Part shown: positions 41,259 to 50,545 of the stretch, piece by piece
How positions within the stretch are numbered: position 1 is the stretch's first letter
Layout of the letters: every line of letters starts with the position of its first letter
Assembly (NCBI GenBank): GCA_013166835.1
Contig: JABLTI010000001.1
Location: forward strand, 22,852-86,851
Reading direction: 5' to 3'
Source: Promethearchaeati archaeon
GTDB lineage: Archaea; Asgardarchaeota; Heimdallarchaeia; JABLTI01
DNA length: 64,000 bases
Program-made: the position numbers and the translations under genes
The notes under the pieces: model-generated
What the model saw: only the letters and a program-made list of their open reading frames with translations
The model's database searches: none
What the model was told of the DNA's origin: nothing

Positions 41259-42116
41259 TTAAGGTTGTGTTGTTGGGTCCCAGGTTACTCTCATGTTTCG
41301 ATGAAAGGCATCTAATGTCTTCATGTCTTCTTTTGATATCTCAAAATCATAGATTTCCATGTTTTCAGTAATATTATTGTGATTTGCTGATTTGGGCAGA
41401 ACAATAGTCTCTCTCTGTAAGCACCAACGAATGAGTATTTGAGCAGTTGATTTCTGGTATTTCTTAGCTATATCTTTCAAGGGCGGGTCATTTAGCATTC
41501 TTCCTTTTGTTAGCGGACTGTATGCTTGTATCAAGATTTTCTTTTTCATGCAGTAATCTTGTAATTCCTTCAAATAGAGATAAGGATGAAACTCTACTTG
41601 ATTAACCACTGGAACGACTTTAGCTATTTTTAATAATTCCTCCAAGTGTCGTTCCATGTAGTTACTAACACCAATTGATCGGCATTTGCCTTCTTTGTAT
41701 AATTCTTCCAAGGCTCTCCAAGAATCCAATCTTAATCCTTGAACTGGCCAATGAATTAGATATAAATCAACATACTCTAGTCCTAATCGTTCAAGACTTG
41801 CATCAAAGGCTGCTTTTGTTTGTTCAAATCCATGATCAGAATTCCAGAGTTTCGTGGTTAAGAATATCTCTTCTCTAGGTTCATCACTATCTCTTATTGC
41901 CATCCCTATCTCCACTTCATTATCATACATCATCGCTGTATCGATGTGTCGGTACCCTATTTTTATTGCATGTCGAACTGCTCTATAACCTCTATCTCCC
42001 GTTGACAAATACGTACCTAATCCAATGAGAGGAATCTTCACTCTGTTATTCAAATCAACAGTTGATTGTAAAGCCAAATCTGTCATTTCTCTATCATCCA
42101 TACTTTTTCTGTACAT
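41259..42116 (-). CDS. Aldo/keto reductase
   Basis: GYRHIDTA..Y, TTKLW, DLYLIHWP, IGVSNY, LPKS. Confidence 0.95.
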   Translation of the reverse strand: MYRKSMDDREMTDLALQSTVDLNNRVKIPLIGLGTYLSTGDRGYRAVRHAIKIGYRHIDTAMMYDNEVEIGMAIRDSDEPREEIFLTTKLWNSDHGFEQTKAAFDASLERLGLEYVDLYLIHWPVQGLRLDSWRALEELYKEGKCRSIGVSNYMERHLEELLKIAKVVPVVNQVEFHPYLYLKELQDYCMKKKILIQAYSPLTKGRMLNDPPLKDIAKKYQKSTAQILIRWCLQRETIVLPKSANHNNITENMEIYDFEISKEDMKTLDAFHRNMRVTWDPTTQP

Positions 42117-42205
42117 TGTATTCTCCTCTCCCTAAAATAGCTTTTTTCTTTAATTTTTTAGTCGAAAATCTTTTTGATAATGCTTCTAATGTTAACTTGA
42201 AGCAA

Positions 42206-43192
42206 ATGTTTTCCATATCAAACTCCTTTAAACGTCTTGCAAATCATATTCGCATGTGCGGAGAATTAGCTTGCTTACTCGAGGTAAGTGCTACTCCTAA
42301 ACCGGGCAATGTACACCGATTTCAAGATTTTGCAGAAATCCGTTATGAGGATTTTTTAGCTTCTAGTGTCTCCTTGGGTGTTTGGCTTGAAGAACTAGCA
42401 ATGAAGGGTTTACTTCTTAGGGATGATAAGATTAGCTGGCAACAAGTGAATCTAGGAAGAACAATAAAAGAAGCTGTAAAACAGAGCAATTATTTTCATC
42501 AAAGAAGTAATACTAATCTCGGTATAATCCTCCTCCTCTCACCTCTTAGTGTCGCAGCAGGATTAACTATACCTGAAGAAGAACCAAACTGCAATCTTGA
42601 CTTGCTCCAAAAGAATGCTCTTAATGTAATGAAGCACACAACGGTGGAAGATTCCCTTTTTGTTTCAGAAGCTATAGCAAGTGTTTCTCCTGGTGGATTG
42701 GGGAAAGTAGATCAATACGATATTACTGAACCTTCTCTTGAAGAGGACCTTCGCTCAGACGATGTCAATTTACTAAAATTAATGGATATTTGCCAATCGC
42801 GAGATAGCATTTGTTTTGAATTAGCTCTAGGGTACCCAATCACAATTAAAACTGGCTTGGCTGCTTTAAAATGGTCTCTAGCAATAAGAAATGATATTAA
42901 TTTGGCTATTATCGATGCTTACTTAGCTATTCTCTCAAATTATCCTGACACTTTAGTTATTAGGAAATTCGGTGATGAAATAGCACAACGAATCTCTAAA
43001 CGAGCATCAGATATCATCAATGTTGGTGGAGCATTAACCTTAGAAGGTCGACGTGAGCTTGAGGAGCTCGATATAGAATTGAGAGAAGCGGAAGAAAAAA
43101 TAAATCCGGGGACAACCGCGGATATCATTGCATCCACTATTTTTGTATACTTACTTTCTGGTGGAAAACTTGGGGATGGAAAGATAGAATAA
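42206..43192 (+). CDS. citG: Triphosphoribosyl-dephospho-CoA synthase-like protein
   Basis: LEVSATPKPGNVHR, NTNLG, PDTLVIRK, NPGTTAD; ATG at 42206. Confidence 0.9.
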   Translation: MFSISNSFKRLANHIRMCGELACLLEVSATPKPGNVHRFQDFAEIRYEDFLASSVSLGVWLEELAMKGLLLRDDKISWQQVNLGRTIKEAVKQSNYFHQRSNTNLGIILLLSPLSVAAGLTIPEEEPNCNLDLLQKNALNVMKHTTVEDSLFVSEAIASVSPGGLGKVDQYDITEPSLEEDLRSDDVNLLKLMDICQSRDSICFELALGYPITIKTGLAALKWSLAIRNDINLAIIDAYLAILSNYPDTLVIRKFGDEIAQRISKRASDIINVGGALTLEGRRELEELDIELREAEEKINPGTTADIIASTIFVYLLSGGKLGDGKIE

Positions 43193-43334
43193 ACACTTTT
43201 CTCACATTTCAACCATCTTTGTCATTAATAATGTCCTTTTTATAGCTGTAACGAAAACATTATTTTACCCTTTTTGCACTATCAAACAAAACGGATTACG
43301 AAAAACAATAATATTTGAATAATTTAAAGGACGA

Positions 43335-44237
43335 TTGATTGTATTGAGTGAAGAAGAAAAATCTGCCGAAGAGAAAGAAAAGGAATTAGCTTTCTACCGA
43401 AATCAAACCAAAGTCTTACGTGAAAAAAATCGTGATTTGCGAAATGCCTTATTATTAGCTGAATCTCAACAAGAAACCGAGGAATCTGAAGAAACTGCTC
43501 AAGAATCTCTTTCTGATATCAGGAAAATAATTTCTGATTCCAAAAAACAGATTACAGAGAAATTAAGTCAGTTCAAAGAAACCTTGAATGATTCTGATAT
43601 AACCGCAGAATCAACAGTAGATCCTACAGGTGCTCCTGCACAACCAAAGTATAGTACACAAATGGATGGTTCAGAAGTAAAAGCAAGTCAATCAACAGCT
43701 CCTTTGTCAGCAGAAGCAGATGTTTTAATTAGACAAGTTGATTATTTGAAAGTTGAAATTGATCGTCTTGAGACTTTTCTAGAGCAATCCGAGATGGTAA
43801 ATAATCGATTACAAGAGCTTTTATCTAAACACAACATCGATGTTTCTGAAATCACAAAAGCGATTAACGAAGCTTCTAAAACTGCTGTTTCACCTAAAGC
43901 CATCCAAAAACCAGAACCAGACTCAACTCCTGTAGTTACTACACCTGCTGTTCCTGCAAAAATTGAACCAAAACCTGAACCAAAAACAAAGGAATTAGAT
44001 CCGGCAATCGTCAAATTATTTGATGACTTTAAAGCTAAACTAACCAAAAGAATTGGGGATGAAGATATAAAACTAGAAATCCTTAATCTTCGAGAAGAAT
44101 TGATGGATCTCATACCTCATTCGCGAGTTTTCTACGAAATGCAAGTGGAATACCGTCGTTGGAAGCGAGGATCCAGTTCCTTAGATGAATTAAAAGAAGC
44201 TATTAAATTATGGGAAGCGACTATTGGTTCTATTTAG
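43335..44237 (+). CDS. Coiled-coil protein with P/K-rich linker and helical C-terminal domain
   Basis: Heptad-like E/K/L segments and a PKPEPK linker. Confidence 0.75.
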   Translation: MIVLSEEEKSAEEKEKELAFYRNQTKVLREKNRDLRNALLLAESQQETEESEETAQESLSDIRKIISDSKKQITEKLSQFKETLNDSDITAESTVDPTGAPAQPKYSTQMDGSEVKASQSTAPLSAEADVLIRQVDYLKVEIDRLETFLEQSEMVNNRLQELLSKHNIDVSEITKAINEASKTAVSPKAIQKPEPDSTPVVTTPAVPAKIEPKPEPKTKELDPAIVKLFDDFKAKLTKRIGDEDIKLEILNLREELMDLIPHSRVFYEMQVEYRRWKRGSSSLDELKEAIKLWEATIGSI

Positions 44238-44299
44238 AAGCTCTTAGTCTTGTGTTTTCCTTTATTTTTCTTTTGTATTTTTAGAGTATTTTCATAAAT

Positions 44300-44423
44300 G
44301 ATTGTGAAAACGAGAGGGTTAATAGGGAGGGAGGTAAAGAAGGTTCCCTCCCATCGGATGTAGTGGAGGACTGATCCCCAGTAAGTGGGGACAGTTTATC
44401 GAGGTGAGAGGTGAGGTAAGCAT
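44300..44423 (-). ncRNA. Candidate small RNA with a C/U-rich anti-SD-like 5' arm and two GC-rich hairpins
   Basis: TTTATAAT box at 44448-44441; stems 44371-44394 and 44325-44352; GC-rich island in AT-rich DNA. Confidence 0.55.
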
Positions 44424-44451
44424 ACATTATTGCCTTTTCCATTATAAAGTT

Positions 44452-44519
44452 CAATATTACCCGTATAGTTGTTGCAGTAGCTCTCCGAGTATATTCCAAT
44501 ATTACCTTGCTATTACCTT
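44452..44519. promoter_or_regulatory. Three direct repeats (CAA)TATTACC between the candidate sRNA promoter and trmB
   Basis: CAATATTACC at 44452 and 44497, TATTACCTT at 44511. Confidence 0.45.
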
Positions 44520-44640
44520 TTTTCCTCGCTTTTGACCCATTTTTCCTCTTTTCCTTCTGCAATTTTTTTCCTTTTCCATAGATTCTTAAACGAAAATGCT
44601 TTTATTAGATTATTCCATATACTACCATGGTGGTAAATGA

Positions 44641-45441
44641 ATGAGTTTCACCGAGGATGTAATTGAGGAGCTGAAGAAGCTAGGCTTCAATGAGTATCAG
44701 GCAAAAGTCTATACAGCTCTAGTTGGTCTTGGTGTTGCAACTGCCTCTGAGATTTCGCAAGCAAGCGGGGTCCCCCCGAATAAAGTTTATTCTGTAATAG
44801 ATACTTTGAAGAAACGAGGTCTAGTTCTTGCTCAAGAAAGTGACACAAGCACTAATAGGTATCGTCCCCGATCTCCAGATTCGTTTATGAAGGAACTCAG
44901 AACTGATTATGAAACTACATTCAAAAAAACGGAAGATAAGCTATTTGCTCTTTATGAACGCAGTAAGAAAGCGTTTATCCCTGAATTGTGGATTCTCCGT
45001 GGTTCTCAAGCGGTATTCAGTAAGATAAAAGAAATGATTATGGATGCAAATAATGATATTAGTATAGGTATTGATAGTCCGTTTGATTTACATCTCCATG
45101 GAATAGATCAAGTCCTCAGCGAAGCAAGTGGTCATCTAAAGAGTATAACTATAATTACCGGAAAGGATGGGGTTGATAATCCTGGTGAGGTTAATGTTTT
45201 GAAATCCCTTTCTGAATATACTGATGTTAGGGTTTCAGATAATTTCCATGCTATTTGGGTTATTATTGACTCTCTAGAAATTTTGCAAGGAACTTATGCT
45301 CAGTTGGAAGGTGGAATAGAACTAGGAGTTATGGCTACTTGGTCTGATAATCAAGCATTTGCTGAGCTTTGGAAGCGTTTTAGTGATTCCTTGTGGGAAA
45401 ACGCTACTCCTCTAGATAAAATGAAACTGCCTACGGAATAA
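44641..45441 (+). CDS. TrmB family transcriptional regulator
   Basis: LGFNEYQAKVY...ASEISQASGVP..KVY HTH plus C-terminal effector domain. Confidence 0.93.
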   Translation: MSFTEDVIEELKKLGFNEYQAKVYTALVGLGVATASEISQASGVPPNKVYSVIDTLKKRGLVLAQESDTSTNRYRPRSPDSFMKELRTDYETTFKKTEDKLFALYERSKKAFIPELWILRGSQAVFSKIKEMIMDANNDISIGIDSPFDLHLHGIDQVLSEASGHLKSITIITGKDGVDNPGEVNVLKSLSEYTDVRVSDNFHAIWVIIDSLEILQGTYAQLEGGIELGVMATWSDNQAFAELWKRFSDSLWENATPLDKMKLPTE

Positions 45442-45461
45442 AAAAAAAGATGAATTTTGAA

Positions 45462-46100
45462 TTAAGCTTTTTGCCAGAAGCTGAATTCGCCTTCTTTTTC
45501 TTCTTCTTTCTCATCTTTCTTGGTTTTACTTGCTCTTTTCTTTGACTCTCGATCCATGATTACTTTTACGATTCCTTCGAAAAGATCTGGAACACTAACT
45601 CCTGTTTTTGCAGAAGTTTCCAAATAAATGAGATTCTTATCAGCAGCAAAAGCTTGAGCTTCTTCTGTTGAAACCTTTCTTTGATCTCCAATATCCACTT
45701 TGTTTCCAGCAAGCACTACAGGCACATCACCAGCATTTTGACGTATCTGTTTTAACCAATAATCCAAACTGTTGAAAGAATTCCTATTGGTGATATCATA
45801 AACTAGTACACCACCAGCTGCACCTGAGAAATAAAACGGTAAAAGGGACATAACAAATTCCTGACCACCTGTATCCCACAACTGTAATTTTACATTTGCT
45901 TCGTTTACTGTAAGGTTCTTGGTCATGAAGTCTACCCCTAATGTTGGCAAATAGGATTCCCTGAAACGATCTTCTGCAAAACGAATAGTGAGACTTGTTT
46001 TTCCCACCTTCCCTGCTCCCACTACAATAACTTTGAATAGATGTTGATATCTTGGTCCTCTTGTTTTAGAAATCCTTGTCCGCTCCTTGCTTGTATCCAT
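45462..46100 (-). CDS. Rab-like small GTPase (eukaryotic signature protein)
   Basis: GAGKVGKT, PTLGVDF, KLQLWDTGGQE, LVYDIT, NKVD, ETSAK. Confidence 0.95.
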   Translation of the reverse strand: MDTSKERTRISKTRGPRYQHLFKVIVVGAGKVGKTSLTIRFAEDRFRESYLPTLGVDFMTKNLTVNEANVKLQLWDTGGQEFVMSLLPFYFSGAAGGVLVYDITNRNSFNSLDYWLKQIRQNAGDVPVVLAGNKVDIGDQRKVSTEEAQAFAADKNLIYLETSAKTGVSVPDLFEGIVKVIMDRESKKRASKTKKDEKEEEKEGEFSFWQKA

Positions 46101-46182
46101 TAATTTTGTTTTTTCTACATTGATTTCTTATATATGTGTTCTTATTTTGGTAAAAACCATTTTTTCTAAGAGATTTTTTCAT

Positions 46183-46926
46183 CTATCGTCGAGCCCACAA
46201 TTCTACGCCCAAAACCTTTTGTTTTGATACTAAGATTCTTGGATAATAGTTTTCTGCGGGGAATACTCCTTCGGGAAGGGTTGTGATCTCTTCTAACCTG
46301 AAATTTCCTTTCCTCAAATCTGTCTTGTTATCTCCAAGAATGATATAGAGTTTTGCTCCGGCAATTAGATAATCACAACTTGAACCTTCAGGTGGTTCCA
46401 AACTCAACATAGTTTTCACTACTTTCGTTAATTTCGGTGGAAGATCTACTAAAACTGGTGCATCTAAATCGATTTCCGTTGTTGCTGCTGTTTTTGTAGT
46501 CTTTGTTGGAGTTATTGTTTTCTTCTCAGGTGATTTTGCTTTGGGTGGGGTTTTTGGTGGAGAGGCAACTTTTGGTGGTGCATTTGTAGCTGTATTTTTT
46601 GTGGGAGCTGGTTTTGGTATTTCTGCTGGTTCAGCATCTCCATGAAATCCTCCAAGAAATTCCATAATTGGTATAAATTCTTGATCTATTCCCTCTGTTT
46701 CTTCAACATGCTTTGTTTTATAGGCATGTTGCAATCTTAGTGCAGAAGCTTTTCTAGCAGATGCGAATTTTTGCACAATAGAAACTTTAGCACCTTTGAA
46801 GATATAGTTGATGTGGTGCGTGTGAGAAACAACAATAACTAGTGATGATGAAGTTAATTTTACTTCACTTGTTTCTACTTTGATATCTTCCCCTTCTTCG
46901 TCGATAATATAACAGTCTAGTAACAT
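46183..46926 (-). CDS. Gelsolin-like domain + P/K/T linker + C-terminal domain (Asgard 1DGelX-like architecture)
   Basis: LVIVV...YIFKG..VS...KFASARKA...HVEE pattern; C-terminal PPEG...PEGVF.AENY.PRIL. Confidence 0.6.
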   Translation of the reverse strand: MLLDCYIIDEEGEDIKVETSEVKLTSSSLVIVVSHTHHINYIFKGAKVSIVQKFASARKASALRLQHAYKTKHVEETEGIDQEFIPIMEFLGGFHGDAEPAEIPKPAPTKNTATNAPPKVASPPKTPPKAKSPEKKTITPTKTTKTAATTEIDLDAPVLVDLPPKLTKVVKTMLSLEPPEGSSCDYLIAGAKLYIILGDNKTDLRKGNFRLEEITTLPEGVFPAENYYPRILVSKQKVLGVELWARR

Positions 46927-47075
46927 TTTCTTCACTTTCAATAGCACTAATAAGAATTATTGGTATTTACCTTAAAAAAAGACTTTCGTTAGCGTCAATT
47001 TTTACCCATACTAAATACTAATAATACTTGGAAACGCAATTTTCTCTAGCATTAATACGATGAAAACCATATCAG

Positions 47076-47915
47076 GTGATAAAAATTTTGCAAACAGTGG
47101 ATAGAAAAAAAGTCGCAGAAGATGTCCTCGCATTAATAGAACAACAAGGTTACAAGAAAGCAAAAGATATGTGGAATTTCTTATTCACAGATCCGGAAAT
47201 ACAAGGGACAATAAAAGCTGCTAATCGTCTAGCAGTAAAGTATCTAAATTACACTGATCACGGGTTAGATCATGTTGCTATAGTATGTAGAAATGTGCTA
47301 GAAATACTGACTATTGTGAAAGACGACATTACTCCTGCATTTATCCGTCAAGATTTAGGGGACAATGATGATGTAGCAGTTATTTGTCTCGCTGCGAGTT
47401 ACCTACATGACGTTGGCCACATCATTCATCGTGAGTACCATGAATTAACCTCCTCATATATGATAAAGGACCTTCTCTATGATAAATTGAAGAAAATGTA
47501 TCCGGATGTTGATAAACGTATAGAAATTCTTTCTCACATCCAACATGCCGTCCTCTCCCATGATGATGAAATAAAATGCTTAACTCCAGAAGCGGGTTTT
47601 GTTACAATTGCTGATGGTTTGGATATCTGCGAAGGTCGTAGTCGCAAACCCTATGATTTGGGTAAGGTGGACATACATTCTATTTCAGCCTTAAGCATTT
47701 CAAAGATTGAAATCAGAAAAGGAACAAAGAAGAAGCCTTTGCGAATTAATATCTATATGATGTCTGAAGCAGGAGTTTTCCAAGTTGAAGAAGTTTTCCT
47801 ACCTAAGTTAAGAACTTCTGGGTTAGCTGAAGATATAGAAATTAACACTCTAGTAAATGGAAAACCACTTGCTTTGTCGCAAGTTTTACGAATGTATAAG
47901 AAATTTGAGGACTAA
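47076..47915 (+). CDS. HD-domain phosphohydrolase
   Basis: DHG..H, LHDVGH, SHD, IADGLD. Confidence 0.9.
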   Translation: MIKILQTVDRKKVAEDVLALIEQQGYKKAKDMWNFLFTDPEIQGTIKAANRLAVKYLNYTDHGLDHVAIVCRNVLEILTIVKDDITPAFIRQDLGDNDDVAVICLAASYLHDVGHIIHREYHELTSSYMIKDLLYDKLKKMYPDVDKRIEILSHIQHAVLSHDDEIKCLTPEAGFVTIADGLDICEGRSRKPYDLGKVDIHSISALSISKIEIRKGTKKKPLRINIYMMSEAGVFQVEEVFLPKLRTSGLAEDIEINTLVNGKPLALSQVLRMYKKFED

Positions 47916-48970
47916 TCGATTCGCCAATAAGGCTTCAAGATATTCTTGAGTTCCTCGAGAGTTTTCTTTAATTGCCCCTTACTCCCACTAGATGATAGAT
48001 TTGACTCTGCTTCTTTACTGAATTCATAATCTGGAATAAAAGGAGAAATGCTAGCAAGAAATGCTTGCCCTAGTTCATTAAATTTATATCCACCTTCCAG
48101 TGTCATCACTATTTTTCCTTCACAAACTTCTTTAGCTAAGTTGGAAATTCTTTCCATTATTACTTGGAAACCTAAAACAGATTGCCCAAGATAACCATAA
48201 GGATCACCTAGTAATCCATCATATCCAGTGGATACAAAAATTACTTCTGGGTTATACTCTCGAACTACTGGTATTACTATTCTATCAAAAGCGGAAAGAT
48301 ACTCCTTATCTCCAATTTCCATTGGCAAAGGTACACATATATTATATCCCTCACCTTCCCGTTCGCCAATCTCTGTTGTTCTTCCTTGGAATGGAAAACT
48401 AAATCTGGGATCTGCATGAAGAGATAGTGTCAATACATCACTTCTATCATAGAACAAATCAGCCATTCCGTTTCCATAATGATTATCTATATCAATTATC
48501 GCGATTCTTTTTATCTTCTGTTCTTTAGTTAAATAATTAGCAGCAAACGCACCATTATTGAAGAAGCAGAATCCCATGGCATTACTGCGTGTTGCATGAT
48601 GTCCTGGAGGACGAGCTAATGCATATGCAACATTGTTAGGTTGTTTTATTGCAATTTCTGCTGCAAGTTTTGCTCCGCCAACCGCACGAAGTCCAGCTCG
48701 AAAAGTATACTCATTTGTTATTGTATCACCGGTAATTGCAGTAACTCCAACCATACTTCCATGCTTCACGGTATCTACTAATTGCTCAGTGTGAATGGTG
48801 TATAGGTCTTTTTCATTCACTGCTTCTGGTGAAGCCATTTTTACATTTGGACTGTCTAATAAACCGGTATCTGTAATTGCTTTTTTTATAATTTTTAATC
48901 TGCGTGGGCTTTCAAGAATTTGTGGCATTTTATGTTTGTAGTAATCTTCGTGTTCTATGAAAGTGAGCAA
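47912..48970 (-). CDS. Histone deacetylase/acetylpolyamine amidohydrolase family protein
   Basis: RPPGHHA, GFCFFNN, DIDNHYGNG, LEGGY. Confidence 0.95.
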   Translation of the reverse strand: MLTFIEHEDYYKHKMPQILESPRRLKIIKKAITDTGLLDSPNVKMASPEAVNEKDLYTIHTEQLVDTVKHGSMVGVTAITGDTITNEYTFRAGLRAVGGAKLAAEIAIKQPNNVAYALARPPGHHATRSNAMGFCFFNNGAFAANYLTKEQKIKRIAIIDIDNHYGNGMADLFYDRSDVLTLSLHADPRFSFPFQGRTTEIGEREGEGYNICVPLPMEIGDKEYLSAFDRIVIPVVREYNPEVIFVSTGYDGLLGDPYGYLGQSVLGFQVIMERISNLAKEVCEGKIVMTLEGGYKFNELGQAFLASISPFIPDYEFSKEAESNLSSSGSKGQLKKTLEELKNILKPYWRID

Positions 48971-49084
48971 TTACTTCTAACCTCTCAAGATAGGTGACTA
49001 TAATTTTTGATAGCTGTATTTTTACTCATAAGCTATTTTATCTTTGTGCATAAAATCAGCTAATATCCATCTCTACAGCTCGTT

Positions 49085-50467
49085 TTATTCTTTAATAGCT
49101 TTTTCAGCTAAAATTAGAACGATTTCAATTTGTTCTTTAGCTGTTCCAAGATAATTTCCTGGTGAATCAAATATTTCTTTCAAATCCTTTTCGGAAATGA
49201 ATTCAATTATTTCTTTGTCTTTTTTGAGCACTCCAAGCAAATGTGTATTCTTTTCTACTGCAATCATGGAATTCTTTCTAAGCAATTCGTGGGCTTCTTG
49301 TCTATTCATGCCATTATTTACTAATTCAGTCATCACAGCTTCTGCCATGATCAATCCCTTAGTAATATCAAGATTTTTCTTCATTTGTTCTGTTTTCACA
49401 ACTAGTCCCGAAGTTACAAAATCAAAATCCACGAGCATTTGATCTATAGTCATGAAAATCTCTGGATAGATGTACCTTTCACTTGCACTATTAGCTAAGT
49501 CTCGTTCATGCCAGGTAATTATATTTTCTAACGCAGGGGTAGTATAGCCTCTCATTATCCTTGCTAAGGCACTCATTCGTTCACTTCTTTCAGGATCCCT
49601 CTTATGGCTCATTGTGCTAGAACCAACTTGTTTATCCGATCTGAAGGGTTCTGCCACTTCTCCTATTTCTGTTCTTGAAAGGTTCCTAATTTCTGTCGCG
49701 AATTTGTCAATGGAGCAGGCTAGTAGTATTAGTTCAAGGAAGATTTCTGCAACTACTTCTCGAGAGACCAATTGATGTGTAATCACAGCTGCTTTTATGT
49801 CTAATTTTTCCATTGTGATTTGAACAATTCTATCCGCATGTACACCATAAGCAGCTCTTGTGCCAACAGCCCCTGAGAGTTTCCCAACAACATTCTCCTT
49901 TTTGAGTCGTCTTATATTTCCAAGATGTCTTACCAGTTCTTCCAACCAAATCGCGATTTTATGCCCAAAAGAGTATGGTACTGCTTGAGAACCATGTGTT
50001 CTTCCAATACATACAGTTTCTTTATGCTCAGTAACAATTCCAATAAGGTTCTTTATAGATTTTATAATCCTCTGTTCAATTAACTCTAATGCTCCTTTGG
50101 TTCTTACTGCTTCTGCAGTATCTATAATATCATTACTTGTTGCTCCAAGGTGTATGTATCTCCCATATTCTCCACATTGTTCTGCAAACGCTCGAACAAC
50201 AGAAGCAATATCATGATAGATCTCTTTTTCAATTTCATCTACCCGCTTCAATTTTACGTATTTTGTAGATGCCTTCTTCTCGATTTCTTCTGCTGCTTTC
50301 TTTGGGATATTCCCGACCATTGCATGTGCGTGTGCAATTGCTGCTTCTACTTTCAGTAATAATTCTAAGCGGTTTGCTCGAGAGAAAATCTTTCTCATTT
50401 CTTCGCTTCCGTACCGCCAATCGATTGGGTGTAAACTGTCTGATTTTTTCTTGGACATTGTTCTCAT
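49085..50467 (-). CDS. purB: Adenylosuccinate lyase
   Basis: IHLGATSND, GRTHG, GSSTMSHKRDP, HERDL. Confidence 0.95.
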   Translation of the reverse strand: MRTMSKKKSDSLHPIDWRYGSEEMRKIFSRANRLELLLKVEAAIAHAHAMVGNIPKKAAEEIEKKASTKYVKLKRVDEIEKEIYHDIASVVRAFAEQCGEYGRYIHLGATSNDIIDTAEAVRTKGALELIEQRIIKSIKNLIGIVTEHKETVCIGRTHGSQAVPYSFGHKIAIWLEELVRHLGNIRRLKKENVVGKLSGAVGTRAAYGVHADRIVQITMEKLDIKAAVITHQLVSREVVAEIFLELILLACSIDKFATEIRNLSRTEIGEVAEPFRSDKQVGSSTMSHKRDPERSERMSALARIMRGYTTPALENIITWHERDLANSASERYIYPEIFMTIDQMLVDFDFVTSGLVVKTEQMKKNLDITKGLIMAEAVMTELVNNGMNRQEAHELLRKNSMIAVEKNTHLLGVLKKDKEIIEFISEKDLKEIFDSPGNYLGTAKEQIEIVLILAEKAIKE

Positions 50468-50545
50468 TCATCCTTTTTCTGCAACATGTAAACTTACTAG
50501 TTTGTTTTTAAAACTGTTTCTTGTCCTTATGAAAAAGGCAATTAG

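Noticed and set aside
44281-44562. 93-aa minus-strand ORF
   Set aside because: Spans a TATA box and operator-like repeats and has atypical composition; a short leaderless ORF near 44427 cannot be fully excluded
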